Below, piece by piece: positions 49,378 to 59,691 of a DNA stretch of 64,000 nucleotides. The notes under the pieces were generated by a model, which was not told where the DNA came from, searched no databases, and saw only the letters and a list, made by a program, of their open reading frames with translations. The translations under genes were made by a program, and so were the position numbers. Source of the DNA: an uncultured delta proteobacterium (GTDB lineage Bacteria > Desulfobacterota > Binatia > UBA9968); contig CAVSHR010000005.1 in the NCBI GenBank assembly GCA_963727625.1, positions 960,001 to 1,024,000 on the forward strand, read 5' to 3'. Position 1 is the first letter of the stretch, and each line of letters starts with the position of its first letter.

Positions 49378-50589
49378 TCAACTACCTCCTTTGGCTCTGA
49401 TACCCGTGAATGAATCGATTTGAACCGTCTCGTTCGCTTCGCCCCGGGAGGGAATTCCCTTGGGAATCTGACCCTTCTGCACCGAACGGACGGCATTCAG
49501 AATAATCTTCCGAATCAGAATGACCCCCTTGTCGGAAGTCCCAAGTTGCTCGCTGCGCTCGTCAAGCAGCGGTTGTGTTCCCTGGCAGGCAATGTCTTCA
49601 GTGCGCACGTTTCCTCTAAACGGAGAGAATTTGCGTCGATCGTAGGGCTTCTTTTCCGACCTAGCTTCAACTCTGCGGCTTGGCGCCAATTTATCAAAGA
49701 ACTCCGGATCGGAACCGGTATAATGGTTCACGGTGAACAGGCGAAAGCTTTCATCGTCGTCCGGCGTGACAAACATGAAATGAGCGTTGTGCGAGCCCGC
49801 GCTCAACGCCTCGCGCGGCTGCTTGAAATGGGTGAACTCGGTATCGCCGATTTGCAGGATGCTCGGCAGCGCGAAGCTCTTTTCATCGACGTACTCGGTA
49901 TCCGCCGTCGGCCCCGGCTTGCGCGAAATGACTTTCATGCCGTAGGAAGTCTCGACTGCGTCGAAAGCCGGAATGTCTTTAAAATTAAAAAACCAGCTGC
50001 GCCACGTGCCGTCGTTTGGGTCGGCGCGGTGCAAAATCGAAAAGTGCACCGGGTCCGCGCCGTTTTCGATAAAGTTGAACCAGTTGTAATCGTAGGCTCG
50101 CGTCGCTTCCAACGACCTTTGCCCTGCGGTATCGGCCAGGGCTTTATATTGGGGCAATGGCGGCGGATCATCCTGGTCCGGCCCAAGATAGGCGAAGAGC
50201 AGCCCCCCTAACTCTCGAACCGGATAGGATACATGTTGCACCTTTTCAGGAAAACGGCTGTCTTTGGGCTCCGCCGGCATCGCCAAGCATTGGCCGCGCA
50301 CGTTGAATAGCCAACCGTGATAAGGGCAGCGCAAGCCGCCGTCTTCGATGTCGCCATATTCTAATGATGCTCCGCGGTGCGGACAGTGAACGCCCAGCAA
50401 ACCGAGCTTGCCATCGGGGTCGCGAAACAATACGAATTTTTCGCCCAGGACTTTGACGGCCTGGGGTATGTCATAGAGTTCGCGAGTCGTGCCCACGACC
50501 AGCCAGTAGCGGCGAAACCACTCGCCCGCCGGAGTTCCCCGGCTAACGCGGCACAGAACCGCTGGCGAAACTTCGGATGTTCTCTTCAT
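49378..50589 (-). CDS. Rieske oxygenase alpha subunit #4
   Basis: CPHRGAS...CPYHGW; ENGADPVH..LH; close paralog of #3. Confidence 0.92.
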   Translation of the reverse strand: MKRTSEVSPAVLCRVSRGTPAGEWFRRYWLVVGTTRELYDIPQAVKVLGEKFVLFRDPDGKLGLLGVHCPHRGASLEYGDIEDGGLRCPYHGWLFNVRGQCLAMPAEPKDSRFPEKVQHVSYPVRELGGLLFAYLGPDQDDPPPLPQYKALADTAGQRSLEATRAYDYNWFNFIENGADPVHFSILHRADPNDGTWRSWFFNFKDIPAFDAVETSYGMKVISRKPGPTADTEYVDEKSFALPSILQIGDTEFTHFKQPREALSAGSHNAHFMFVTPDDDESFRLFTVNHYTGSDPEFFDKLAPSRRVEARSEKKPYDRRKFSPFRGNVRTEDIACQGTQPLLDERSEQLGTSDKGVILIRKIILNAVRSVQKGQIPKGIPSRGEANETVQIDSFTGIRAKGGS

Positions 50590-50869
50590 ATCATTGTCAT
50601 TTGCAGTTCGCGCAAATATTCCGCCCGTCGTTTCGCAAACCCGATTTTGGCGCGCCAAGAGGCCAAAAACGCGACGTTCGAAATCGGTGTTATTCCTTCG
50701 CCGCCTTTGCGAGTTAGCCGAGGATATTCCGAGCTTTCGTTCGCTAGTCCGCGCTAGCTTATCTTACCGTCGTAAAAATTCCTGGCGACGAGCGGCCATA
50801 TTAATGACGCCCTTGAAGTGATGTCAATCTTAATTTACTTAATGATTAGTTTAGTATTTTTGAACTATT

Positions 50870-51751
50870 TTGATGGAGCTTCGCCAACTCAATAGCGTTT
50901 GCCAGATCGTTCAATGCGGCTCGCTGAAAGAAGCGGCGAAGCGCTGCTTTCTGACTCCTTCCGCCATATCCCAGCAGATCAAGACCCTCGAACAGGAGCT
51001 GGGCTTAAGACTTTTCGAGCTCAAAGGGCGAAAACTGGCGTTAACACCGAAGGGCGAAGTATTTTACTGTGACGCCAAAAAAATTCTTGATTCGGTCCAT
51101 GAGGCTAGCGAGAAAGCAAAAAGCCGGACGGACGATTTTAGCGGGACGATTTCATTAGCGGCCCCGGCGTGCTTGCGATATTTTTATTTGCCGAGCTTTG
51201 CGCGCTTCCGCGCCGCCTATCCTTCCATCAAGCTCACTGTCCTCGCCAGGAGCCATGCGGACGCGATCTCCATGGTCCGTTCCGGCGACGCCGCTCTGGC
51301 GATGGGGCTTTTTCCGCACTCGTTGGTCGACCTCGAAGAAGTTCCTTTGATTACCCCCAAACTGACCCTCGTCATCCCGCGTCAAGGCGTAAGCTTTACA
51401 GCCAAACAAGTAGGATTGAAGGAGTTGTCGCAGCAACCCATGGTATTGCTGCAATCGTTGACCACCACAAGGGCGGTGATAGACGGAGCTTTCCGCAAGA
51501 AAAATCTTGGTCTTCGAACGGAAATGGAAGCGAGCACCTGCGTGGAAGTCAAACGCTACGTCGCCAACGCTGTCGGTTTGGGCATCGTCCACGACATCTG
51601 CATTGAACCTGAAGATAACGGTCGATTTCGAACTATCAACCTTGAAAAACTCATCGCTCACCCGAGAGCGAGACTGATCTACAACCCCGCGAGGTCTCTG
51701 GGTCCAGCGGAAAAAAAGCTTATTGAATTTATTCGCTTCACGGCGCGCTGA
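50870..51751 (+). CDS. LysR-family regulator, divergent from the catabolic operon
   Basis: GSLKEAAKRCFLTPSAISQQIKTLEQELG; AT-rich spacer at about 50820-50870. Confidence 0.93.
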   Translation: MMELRQLNSVCQIVQCGSLKEAAKRCFLTPSAISQQIKTLEQELGLRLFELKGRKLALTPKGEVFYCDAKKILDSVHEASEKAKSRTDDFSGTISLAAPACLRYFYLPSFARFRAAYPSIKLTVLARSHADAISMVRSGDAALAMGLFPHSLVDLEEVPLITPKLTLVIPRQGVSFTAKQVGLKELSQQPMVLLQSLTTTRAVIDGAFRKKNLGLRTEMEASTCVEVKRYVANAVGLGIVHDICIEPEDNGRFRTINLEKLIAHPRARLIYNPARSLGPAEKKLIEFIRFTAR

Positions 51752-52477
51752 CAGCCGCAGCAGACACCTGAAAAACTCCGTGGCAGTGGGACCACAGTCA
51801 CGCGGTCTCGGGTCAGATTTTGAGCCTCGAATCTGCCCAGAGGATTCGGAGACTCGCGGCCTCAGCGTATAATCACCGCTAACACACCGCCATAGCGTTC
51901 GATGCGTGTCCCTCGGTGGCAATTCTTTTGCCAAGCTTGGCAGAGAGCTGGCGTAGCCGATCTCAAAAATCCTTAAAACTTTCTTAAATCCTAGTCGAAG
52001 GCCCTTGCACGATTCTTGCCTAACTATCCTGCCATGGCCAGCTCAAGCACCGGCGCCGACGCTCTGATTGAGATTTTAAACTTGTGCGAACAAGCACTTG
52101 CTGCGTTGGAACCGGACCAGGTTGCAAATCCAAACATCCTCTCGGCGGACAAAACCAGCCATTCCAGACGGTTGCAGCGGACAAAAGTAGGGCGGCGGTT
52201 CGTTCTGATTCGCGGCGGCCTTGGGAAGGAGTCGGGCCGGTCTAATAGCGTCCGAACCGGCGGCTTGAACCCATCCGGCACCCTCCTCACATGACCGCGC
52301 GAAAGCTATAAATCGTCGCGCCCGCGGCAAAACGGCAGGCGCGGGATTTCCGGCTTTACCTCTTTGCAAATCAGTGGGGCTCGATAATATCGGTGCCTAC
52401 CGAGAACTTGCGATGGCAATAAATTTAATTTTGCCGGCTGAGCGTCCTCTCTAGCGTTGTCTAGCCGAGCCGAGTGG

Positions 52478-52915
52478 TCAGGCCTTGAGAATGCTCTGCG
52501 GATATTGATCGTCCGGATCTTCGTTCGGATGCATTTTAGAAGTCGTGCTCTTATCCACAAGCAGTTGGCCGTCTTCGGCGATCCTGACCTCGAAGCGGTC
52601 GAGGGGGCGCGGCGCCGGGCCTTCGAAGTTCATGCCGCTTTCATAGTAACCGCTGCCATGGCAGGGGCATTTGAATTTGTCTTCCACTTGCAGCCAATTG
52701 GGCGTGCAGCCAAATGGGTGCATTTGGCGAAGAGCGCGTGAAAGCCCGCTTCCTCGCGCACTATCCAAACCCGATATTCCTGTTAGAATTTATTGCTCAC
52801 CTCGCCGATGGCGTAATCCGACGGAAAACCCGCTTTAAACGTCAAAGGTGGCTGCAAATGCACGCGGGGAAACGCTGAACGGATAAAGCCGACAAGCGAA
52901 AGAAATGAAAACTCG
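52478..52915 (-). pseudogene. Degenerate cytochrome bc/b6f-type Rieske protein
   Basis: FPRV..PP.TFKAG...NKF*QEYRVWIVR...AKCTHL then frameshift to GCTPNW...FKCPCHGS.Y...GPAPRPL; TAA at 52783-52785; N-terminus missing. Confidence 0.8.
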
Positions 52916-52931
52916 CCGTAACCGACGCGTT

Positions 52932-53645
52932 TTATTTTTTTGCCAGCTCGAAAGTCACTTTGGTTTCCTGGTCCGGTTTGACGGTGACCTTCTGACTCAC
53001 CTTGCCGAGAGTATCGTGCCAAACCGTAAGTGTATAAGTCCCGGGAGGAACGTCGGTGAGCTTAAAGCTGCCGGCGTGATCGGTGACGTTGAAGTAAGGA
53101 TTGGCGGCCGAAAATAGCCAGCCGTTCATCCAATTATGGACATCGCATTTGATGTTGATAATTTCCGGTTTTTCAATCTTTACGTTCAGGGTTTTCTTGA
53201 ACTTCGGTTGGGCGAAGTTGAATGGCGCGTTGATCTTGCTGTAGCTGTGAATATTGTGCAGAATCCCGTCCGGATTGATGACGTCCACCGTAGAGCCCGC
53301 CGGGAAAGCCAATACATGGGGATGATACTCGCAATCGCGCTGATCGAGTTTCACCTCCCCGGGAGTCATCGTCTTACCCTTCTTGATATCCGCGATAAAC
53401 ACCACCGCGTCTTCCACCTTGCCATTGGAGACGATCAAGGACTGATCGGTCTTTGCCACCTTGCCGCAAACCGCGGCATCCTTGGAAACATGAATTTTTT
53501 TCGGCGCCGGCGCTTTGCCCTTAAACATAACGACGCCGTCAATCGTGCCGCCGTGGCTGACGGCCCCGCCGTCGTAGGCAAACACCTTGGCCGCCGGCAA
53601 GACTGACAAAACCAATATCAATACTCCCAAAATACTCTGTATCAT
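52932..53645 (-). CDS. Exported carboxypeptidase-regulatory-like/cupredoxin-like protein
   Basis: Signal peptide; LDQRDCEYHPH, NPDGILHNIH, KCDVHNWM, VPPGTYTLTVWH. Confidence 0.8.
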   Translation of the reverse strand: MIQSILGVLILVLSVLPAAKVFAYDGGAVSHGGTIDGVVMFKGKAPAPKKIHVSKDAAVCGKVAKTDQSLIVSNGKVEDAVVFIADIKKGKTMTPGEVKLDQRDCEYHPHVLAFPAGSTVDVINPDGILHNIHSYSKINAPFNFAQPKFKKTLNVKIEKPEIINIKCDVHNWMNGWLFSAANPYFNVTDHAGSFKLTDVPPGTYTLTVWHDTLGKVSQKVTVKPDQETKVTFELAKK

Positions 53646-53780
53646 CGTTTTTCCCTCTGATTTCCGTCGGTAAGCGTTACAGCACCCGACCCGTCCTTTG
53701 CACATCGCATGGATCGATCTTCTCTGAACCGCGTCGCTAATGGCACATCGCCGATCGACGTCGAGCGAGCAAAAGCTCGC

Positions 53781-54131
53781 TTAATGCTCCGAGCCGCTCC
53801 GCTGCCAGCGGCACAAGCCGGCTCGAATGTAGTTTGGATCTAAGCCGACAACGTCGCAAATATTTTCAAAGGCGTACAGACCGTCGCTGTGCTCATGCAT
53901 GAGCCAAATCTCGGCTTCGCGAAACATCGCCTTGCCGCGCCGGCTTCTCGCCGAGGAAAATTTTTGAAAGCAAGCGATGCCGTCTTCCAGCACCGCGAAC
54001 ATCAGCATGATTTCTGGACTTTTCCAACGGCGCCGCCGCCAACGTTCGAAATACTGCACGGGCGCGAGAACATCCGGTTGAAAAAGCGACATCCAACTTT
54101 GATACTCGCGCGCTGCCTGCTTTTCGCCCAC
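53781..54131 (-). CDS. Conserved hypothetical small protein
   Basis: LMFAVLEDGIACFQK...FREAE.W...FENICDVVGLDPNYIR; GGAGG RBS and sigma54 promoter upstream. Confidence 0.7.
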   Translation of the reverse strand: MGEKQAAREYQSWMSLFQPDVLAPVQYFERWRRRRWKSPEIMLMFAVLEDGIACFQKFSSARSRRGKAMFREAEIWLMHEHSDGLYAFENICDVVGLDPNYIRAGLCRWQRSGSEH

Positions 54132-54225
54132 GCCTTAATGCTCCTCCTCGCAATCTTGCAGTCGCGCTGAGACCCGAGTCGACTGCATCAAACGCCGCGT
54201 TTCGCGTTCTGAAATGTTTTTATTG

Positions 54226-54240
54226 GCAAATCCCGTGCCG
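54226..54240 (-). promoter_or_regulatory. sigma54 -24/-12 promoter
   Basis: Minus strand CGGCAC-GGGAT-TTGC upstream of 54131. Confidence 0.7.
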
Positions 54241-54413
54241 CTTGATCGATTGCAGGTTTTGCTGTGCGATGGGTGGGAAATAGCCGCTGCCGACTCTGCA
54301 ATGCAGCAACCAGATGCCGCCCACTGTGGCTATCTTGCGCGGCGGGTGGGGCAGAATTGCGCGCTGTCCAGCCAAAGCAAGCCCCTGGCATCGGCAGGAT
54401 GATGATGCCCCGA

Positions 54414-54428
54414 TGGCACCGCGCTTGC
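54414..54428 (+). promoter_or_regulatory. sigma54 -24/-12 promoter
   Basis: TGGCAC-CGCGC-TTGC upstream of 54502. Confidence 0.75.
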
Positions 54429-54501
54429 GTCGTTATTTTTAATGAAGAAACCATCGGCCGACTAGTAACGTCGGGCGGTCGGATGGAAGGAGGCGAGTCT
54501 A

Positions 54502-54876
54502 TTGAAACGGACGATTTGGTCAAGTTTGATTCTGGGGCTTTGGTTGATGATCTCGCCGTTTGTGCTGGTCTTGCTTAACCACGGCGCCCTTAAAGTTCTT
54601 TGGGAGGATCTGTTGCTCGGATTCGGCATTGCAACTTTTTCGCTATGCCGACTCCTGGCGCGCGGCGAGGGGGGGAACGTAATTCTGGATTGGCTAATTA
54701 CGGCGCTGGGATTTCTTACTCTGCTCAATCCGTTTTTATACAGCTACTTCAATATGGAGTTGGCGGCGTGGAATAACGTGAGTATCGGCGGCGTGGTTTT
54801 GTTGCTGGCGGTGTTCCAGGATTGGAAAGATTCCCACGGCCGGAGCTGGGCAGAGCATCAGCATCACGCCCATTAA
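54502..54876 (+). CDS. SPW-repeat membrane protein
   Basis: LGLWLMISPFVL, LGFLTLLNPF, AAWNN; four hydrophobic segments; GGAGG RBS. Confidence 0.75.
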   Translation: MKRTIWSSLILGLWLMISPFVLVLLNHGALKVLWEDLLLGFGIATFSLCRLLARGEGGNVILDWLITALGFLTLLNPFLYSYFNMELAAWNNVSIGGVVLLLAVFQDWKDSHGRSWAEHQHHAH

Positions 54877-55050
54877 AGTCCGAGCCTGTGATCTCCGCCA
54901 GCCAAGCCGGCGCAGCAGGTATTGCACCGCGCATGGCTACTTCCTCGGCAAGCCATCGCCGCACGGTGCCGGCGCCACCGCCCCCGCTCTTGGCATCCCC
55001 TTCTTAACGATCCCCGAAGAATGTGTTGAAATGAAACAAGTGAAGCTGGG

Positions 55051-56739
55051 ATGGAGCACGAGGGCAGATCGGTCGCGTTGCATTTAGCGCCCATGACGAA
55101 GCATTGGAAAACGTTCGATCACCGCGAGCGCTCGGCGCCCGCTGCTTATAGCATCGCGCTCGGATGCGTTTTGCTGGCCACGCTGGTCACCCTTGCGATG
55201 CGCCCGACGCTCGAACCCAGTCTTTTTCCACTCTATACCGCCGCGGTGATGATTAGCGCATGGTTCGGCGGGCTCGGCCCAGGGTTGGCAGCGACTGTCG
55301 TCGCGGTCTTCGCCACCGAATGGTTTTTTACCCACGGTGCGGAGCCATTGCGGCCGCTTCATGGTACGGTACGCGTCGCGTTATTCGCCCTGGTCGCGCT
55401 CTTGATCAGCTCGTTAACCGCGGCCCGCAAGCGCGCCGAAGAAGCGCTGCGCCAAGCTCACGCGGAATTAGAGCTTCGGGTCAAGGAGCGTACCGCCGAG
55501 CTGGCCGCGGCTAACGACAGCCTGCGGATAGAGATCGACGAGCGCAAACGCGCCGAGCAGGACAATCGAAAACTGCTTCGCGACCTCGGCGAGCGCGTCA
55601 AGGAACTGACGGCCCTTCACGCCGCGTCCCATTTGCTCCAGGACGAAGAGGAGAAAGCTTCCAATCTTTTGCGCAAGATCGTCGAACTCATTCCCGCCGC
55701 CTGCCAGCAGCCCGATTCGACCGCGGCACGCATCGAGTTTACCGCACGCCAATACCAGACGGCCAATTTTGCCGAGTTTCATTGTCAACAACATTCCGAC
55801 TTCGCCACCAGCGGCGGCAAGCGCGGATTCATCGAGGTGGGCTCCATCGGCGCCGCTTCGGAGGGCGGTGGCCATGTTTTTTCAATCGAAGAAAAGCGCC
55901 TCGTCGAATCGCTCGCCGAGATGCTCCAGTCCTATTTTCAGCGCCGTGAGGCCGCGGATCAAGTGACGCAAGTCTCACGCGAACTGATCGAGAGCAACCG
56001 CGAGCTGTGGCGTCTGCAGAGCGAGATGAAACGGGTCGAACCGCTGGCCGCGCTGGGACGCGTAACCGGGACCATCGCTCATGAGCTCGGCACCCCGTTG
56101 AACTCCGTGCTCGGCTACACCCAATTGCTCGCCCAAGACGACTTGAGCGATAACGGCCGGCGCCGTTTGGAAATCATTCGGCTGCAAGTAGAACGCATGG
56201 TTGAAATTATCAACTCTTATCTTTTCCGCGTGCGCCGTTCCTACCCGAAGCGGCAGCGCGTCGACATCAACGAGTTAATCCAAGAAACCCTCGTCATGTT
56301 CCGGCCGATTCTCCAGCAGCGCGGCGTCACGGTTGAAACCGATTTGGCGTCGAGCTTGCCCACCCCTTTGGGAGACGGACCGTCATTGCAAAGAGTGTTA
56401 GTCAATCTGCTCGATAATTCCGTCGACGCCATGCCGGAAGGCGGCGTGGTGAAGATCCTTACACAAAGCTGGCCCGCTTTGGGATCGAAGCCTTCCGGCG
56501 TCACCATGACCCTTTCGGACACAGGGAGCGGCATCGCCAGCGAAGTGCTGCCGACGGTGTTCGAGATGTTCGTCACGACCAAAGCGCCCGGCAAAGGCAG
56601 CGGTTTGGGCTTGGCGATTTCACAGGAAATCATCAAGGGCCACGGCGGAGATATCCAACTGGTCAGCGAAGTCGCCAAAGGGACGACGGTGACGGTATTT
56701 CTTCCGGCCGATGCTTGCTCGACAACCTTACAAGCTTGA
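55051..56739 (+). CDS. Sensor histidine kinase (DUF4118-like membrane domain)
   Basis: SAWFGGLGPGL, AHELGTPL, NLLDNSVDA, DTGSGI, GSGLGL. Confidence 0.93.
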   Translation: MEHEGRSVALHLAPMTKHWKTFDHRERSAPAAYSIALGCVLLATLVTLAMRPTLEPSLFPLYTAAVMISAWFGGLGPGLAATVVAVFATEWFFTHGAEPLRPLHGTVRVALFALVALLISSLTAARKRAEEALRQAHAELELRVKERTAELAAANDSLRIEIDERKRAEQDNRKLLRDLGERVKELTALHAASHLLQDEEEKASNLLRKIVELIPAACQQPDSTAARIEFTARQYQTANFAEFHCQQHSDFATSGGKRGFIEVGSIGAASEGGGHVFSIEEKRLVESLAEMLQSYFQRREAADQVTQVSRELIESNRELWRLQSEMKRVEPLAALGRVTGTIAHELGTPLNSVLGYTQLLAQDDLSDNGRRRLEIIRLQVERMVEIINSYLFRVRRSYPKRQRVDINELIQETLVMFRPILQQRGVTVETDLASSLPTPLGDGPSLQRVLVNLLDNSVDAMPEGGVVKILTQSWPALGSKPSGVTMTLSDTGSGIASEVLPTVFEMFVTTKAPGKGSGLGLAISQEIIKGHGGDIQLVSEVAKGTTVTVFLPADACSTTLQA

Positions 56740-56745
56740 TGGATC

Positions 56746-58134
56746 ATGAACGCCGAAATTCTTATCGCCGACGATGATGAAATCAGCGGCCAGCTCTTCG
56801 CCGAAGTTTTGGCGGGCGAGGGGTATCGCGTCCGGCAGGTGCGGTCCGGCGGCGACGCTTTGACGGCTCTGGCGCAAAACGGTGCGGATTTACTGATCGT
56901 CGACGTTCGCATGCCCGGAGTGAATGGCCTCGACGTGACTCGCCAGGCGCACCGAGACCATCCGGAATTACCGGTGGTCGTCATGACCGCATTTGGCTCC
57001 ATGGACACCGCAATCCAAGCGATTCACGAGGGTGCTTTCGATTTCATCTCCAAACCAATGAACCTGGAAGAGCTCAAGCGCACCGTCCGCCGTGCGCTGG
57101 CTCAACCCGAGCTGCGAAAACAAACGGCCGGCGAGGCACGCGGCGAAGACGACGGCACGCTCCTCGGCTCGGTGGTCGGCAAAAGCCAACCGATGATGGA
57201 GGTTTACAAAACCATTGCACGCGCAGCGCCGACTCGCAGCACCGTGTTGATCCTCGGCGAGAGCGGCACCGGCAAGGAGCTCATCGCCCGCGCCATTCAC
57301 GAGCACAGCGAACGAGCCGGTCACGCTTTCGTCGCCGTGGATTGCGGCGCCTTGACCGAGACGCTGCTGGCCAGTGAATTATTCGGCCATGTTCGGGGCG
57401 CATTCACCGGCGCCGTCAATGACAAGAAGGGAGTCTTCGAAGCCGCCGATGGCGGCACCTGTTTTCTCGACGAGATCGGCAACATCAGCCTGGAGAACCA
57501 GGCGAAGTTGTTGCGTGTGCTCCAGGAGCACGAAATCAGGCCGGTCGGATCGCAAAAGTCTATCAAGGTCAACATCCGGATCGTCGCCGCGACCAATAAA
57601 AGCTTGGAACATTTGATCCGCGATGGAGACTTCCGGGAGGACTTGTATTACCGCATCAAAGTCGTGACGATTCACCTGCCGCCGCTGCGCGAGCGCACCG
57701 AGGATATCGCGCCGCTGGCGGAATATTTCCGCAAGCGCTACAGCCGGGAAAGCGGGAAACCGGTCACGGTCATCTCGGAACCGGCGATGAGTTTGTTAAT
57801 GAAGTATTCCTGGCCCGGTAACGTAAGGGAATTGGAAAATGTCATCGAACGAGCGGTCGTTTTGTCGAACCAAAGCGCCATCACCGCGGAAGATCTGCCC
57901 CCCGAGATTCGCACGCTTTCGCGGTCTCCGCTCTATGGCGATGGGTCCGGGCGCGAGCCGTTTCTGATTGCCGACACTCCGCCTCTGGAAGAAGTCAAGA
58001 AGCGTTACGTGCTGCGCATCATTGGTCTGTGCGATGGCAATCTTTCGCGCGCGGCAAGGACGCTCAACATCGACCGTCGTTCCCTGTATCGCATGCTGAC
58101 ACGCTACAAGGTCGACACTTCCGACAAAGAGTAA
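56746..58134 (+). CDS. sigma54-dependent response regulator (NtrC/AtoC/ZraR family)
   Basis: Receiver domain, GESGTGKE, GAFTGA, WPGNVREL, Fis-type HTH. Confidence 0.95.
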   Translation: MNAEILIADDDEISGQLFAEVLAGEGYRVRQVRSGGDALTALAQNGADLLIVDVRMPGVNGLDVTRQAHRDHPELPVVVMTAFGSMDTAIQAIHEGAFDFISKPMNLEELKRTVRRALAQPELRKQTAGEARGEDDGTLLGSVVGKSQPMMEVYKTIARAAPTRSTVLILGESGTGKELIARAIHEHSERAGHAFVAVDCGALTETLLASELFGHVRGAFTGAVNDKKGVFEAADGGTCFLDEIGNISLENQAKLLRVLQEHEIRPVGSQKSIKVNIRIVAATNKSLEHLIRDGDFREDLYYRIKVVTIHLPPLRERTEDIAPLAEYFRKRYSRESGKPVTVISEPAMSLLMKYSWPGNVRELENVIERAVVLSNQSAITAEDLPPEIRTLSRSPLYGDGSGREPFLIADTPPLEEVKKRYVLRIIGLCDGNLSRAARTLNIDRRSLYRMLTRYKVDTSDKE

Positions 58135-58201
58135 GAAATTGGCCGCAAACGCTCCCTTTTCGCAATTCTCTGCGCTATAGACACTGCGGCCCGATTTTCG
58201 C

Positions 58202-58216
58202 TGGCACCATTTTTGC
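58202..58216 (+). promoter_or_regulatory. sigma54 -24/-12 promoter
   Basis: TGGCAC-CATTT-TTGC upstream of the ATG at 58243. Confidence 0.7.
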
Positions 58217-58242
58217 CGGTGAAGTCGCCTGGGGGCGCTATC

Positions 58243-58596
58243 ATGCGCATATTGATCGTCGACGACGATAAAATTTTTTGCCAATTCTTGGTGGAGCTCT
58301 TGGAATCTAACGGCTATGATGTCGATTGGACCAACCACGCGCTGCAGGCCTTTAAGTTATCGCAGCGCTGTTATTACGACTTGTTTGTCTTCGACATCTG
58401 CATGCCGGTCATCTTGGGCACTGAACTGGCCGAAGGCCTCAAGGAGCAATGCCCCGGAGCAAACATTATTCTGATTTCTGCTTTTGCCGACAACATGTTA
58501 AACACGGCAGCCAATAAATTGGGTTTGCCCCTCCTGTCCAAACCTTTCACCACTGAAGAGCTGCTCGAATTGGTCGCCAAGACAACCGACCGCTAG
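58243..58596 (+). CDS. Single-domain response regulator
   Basis: MRILIVDDD, FDICMP, ISA, KPF. Confidence 0.9.
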   Translation: MRILIVDDDKIFCQFLVELLESNGYDVDWTNHALQAFKLSQRCYYDLFVFDICMPVILGTELAEGLKEQCPGANIILISAFADNMLNTAANKLGLPLLSKPFTTEELLELVAKTTDR

Positions 58597-59012
58597 CGCA
58601 CGGACGCGGAGGATTGTTGCATTATTCGCGCGGTCTTCATCTACGGTTGCTGTCGAGAACTCGGAATTCCCTGAGGATTGGGGTTGATTGACCCAGCTCC
58701 AGTCCGCCAAGGAATCCATAAATTATTTGAACTGACGAGATAGCACGTTAAAGGATTTGAATCTCCGCAACATAAACTCACCGCAGTAATTTAAACGTCA
58801 AAAGGGAGTTCTTAAAAAGATTTTCGCGCCAGCCGCCGACTGCAACACCATGCCATCGAGCCCCAGGGGCCACACATTTGCGCCACAAACAGCGGGCACA
58901 GGGTCGCGCGAATTGCCGTGCCGCCGGGAACTCGATCGCGCCGCTCACGCATTATCGTCCATAATGTTTGGCATTCTTTTCCCGTCGCGCGCTGCCTTAA
59001 TCTTTGCCTTAC

Positions 59013-59027
59013 TGGCATGGGAGTTGC
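59013..59027 (+). promoter_or_regulatory. sigma54 -24/-12 promoter
   Basis: TGGCAT-GGGAG-TTGC upstream of 59152. Confidence 0.65.
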
Positions 59028-59151
59028 GGCACTCCGCCAGTATGGATCCTCCGCTGGCGCAGACGGAATTTTACCGCGCCATTATCCGGCGGCGACTAAA
59101 CTGCATTCGATTTCGGTGTTTGACCCATGACCAAGTAAAGGAGAACCGACA

Positions 59152-59635
59152 ATGAAAGAAAGCCTAAATGCCAAGACAAAAATAGTCCGAGTGTTATCTC
59201 TCACCGCCGCGTCGCTCGCTCTGTTGCTGGCCCAGCCGCTGCCGCTGTGGGCGCGGACGATGCCGAGCGGTATCGACACGGGGAAGTCGCCGGAGGGAGC
59301 CCGCTTCATGTCCGGCGGTGTCGGTCTCGAAGAACGCCAACAGATGCTCAAGATGGCGCCGGGCTACGATCTCAAGCTGGCGTTTGCCGATCGCCGCGGT
59401 GATTATCTGAGCGACGTCGTGGTTACGGTCGACGACGCGCATGGCAAGCAGGTCTTGAGCACCACGACTGCAGGTCCATGGCTTTATATCAGCCGTCCCC
59501 CCGGGGAAATATGACGTGAAGGCTAACTATGGGAACCGAACCGAGGAAATCAAAGATTTGCGGATTTCCCAAGGCCGTTTGATGACACGGCTCTTACATT
59601 GGGATGGCGCCGCTCAACAGATCAGCCAAAGATAG
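59152..59635 (+). CDS. Exported carboxypeptidase-regulatory-like protein with a frameshift near 59500
   Basis: SGGVGLEER, GDYLSDV.V, AGPWL..PPG, then KYDVKA...LLHWD in a shifted frame ending at TAG 59635. Confidence 0.7.
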
Positions 59636-59691
59636 AACCGGTCCAACGTTTTTGATCGATGTGACGAGAAGCCAACGAACAGGAGGAAATC

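Noticed and set aside
52783-52785. Stop-codon recoding in the Rieske fragment
   Set aside because: The stop is TAA and is accompanied by a frameshift and N-terminal loss, which indicates a pseudogene.
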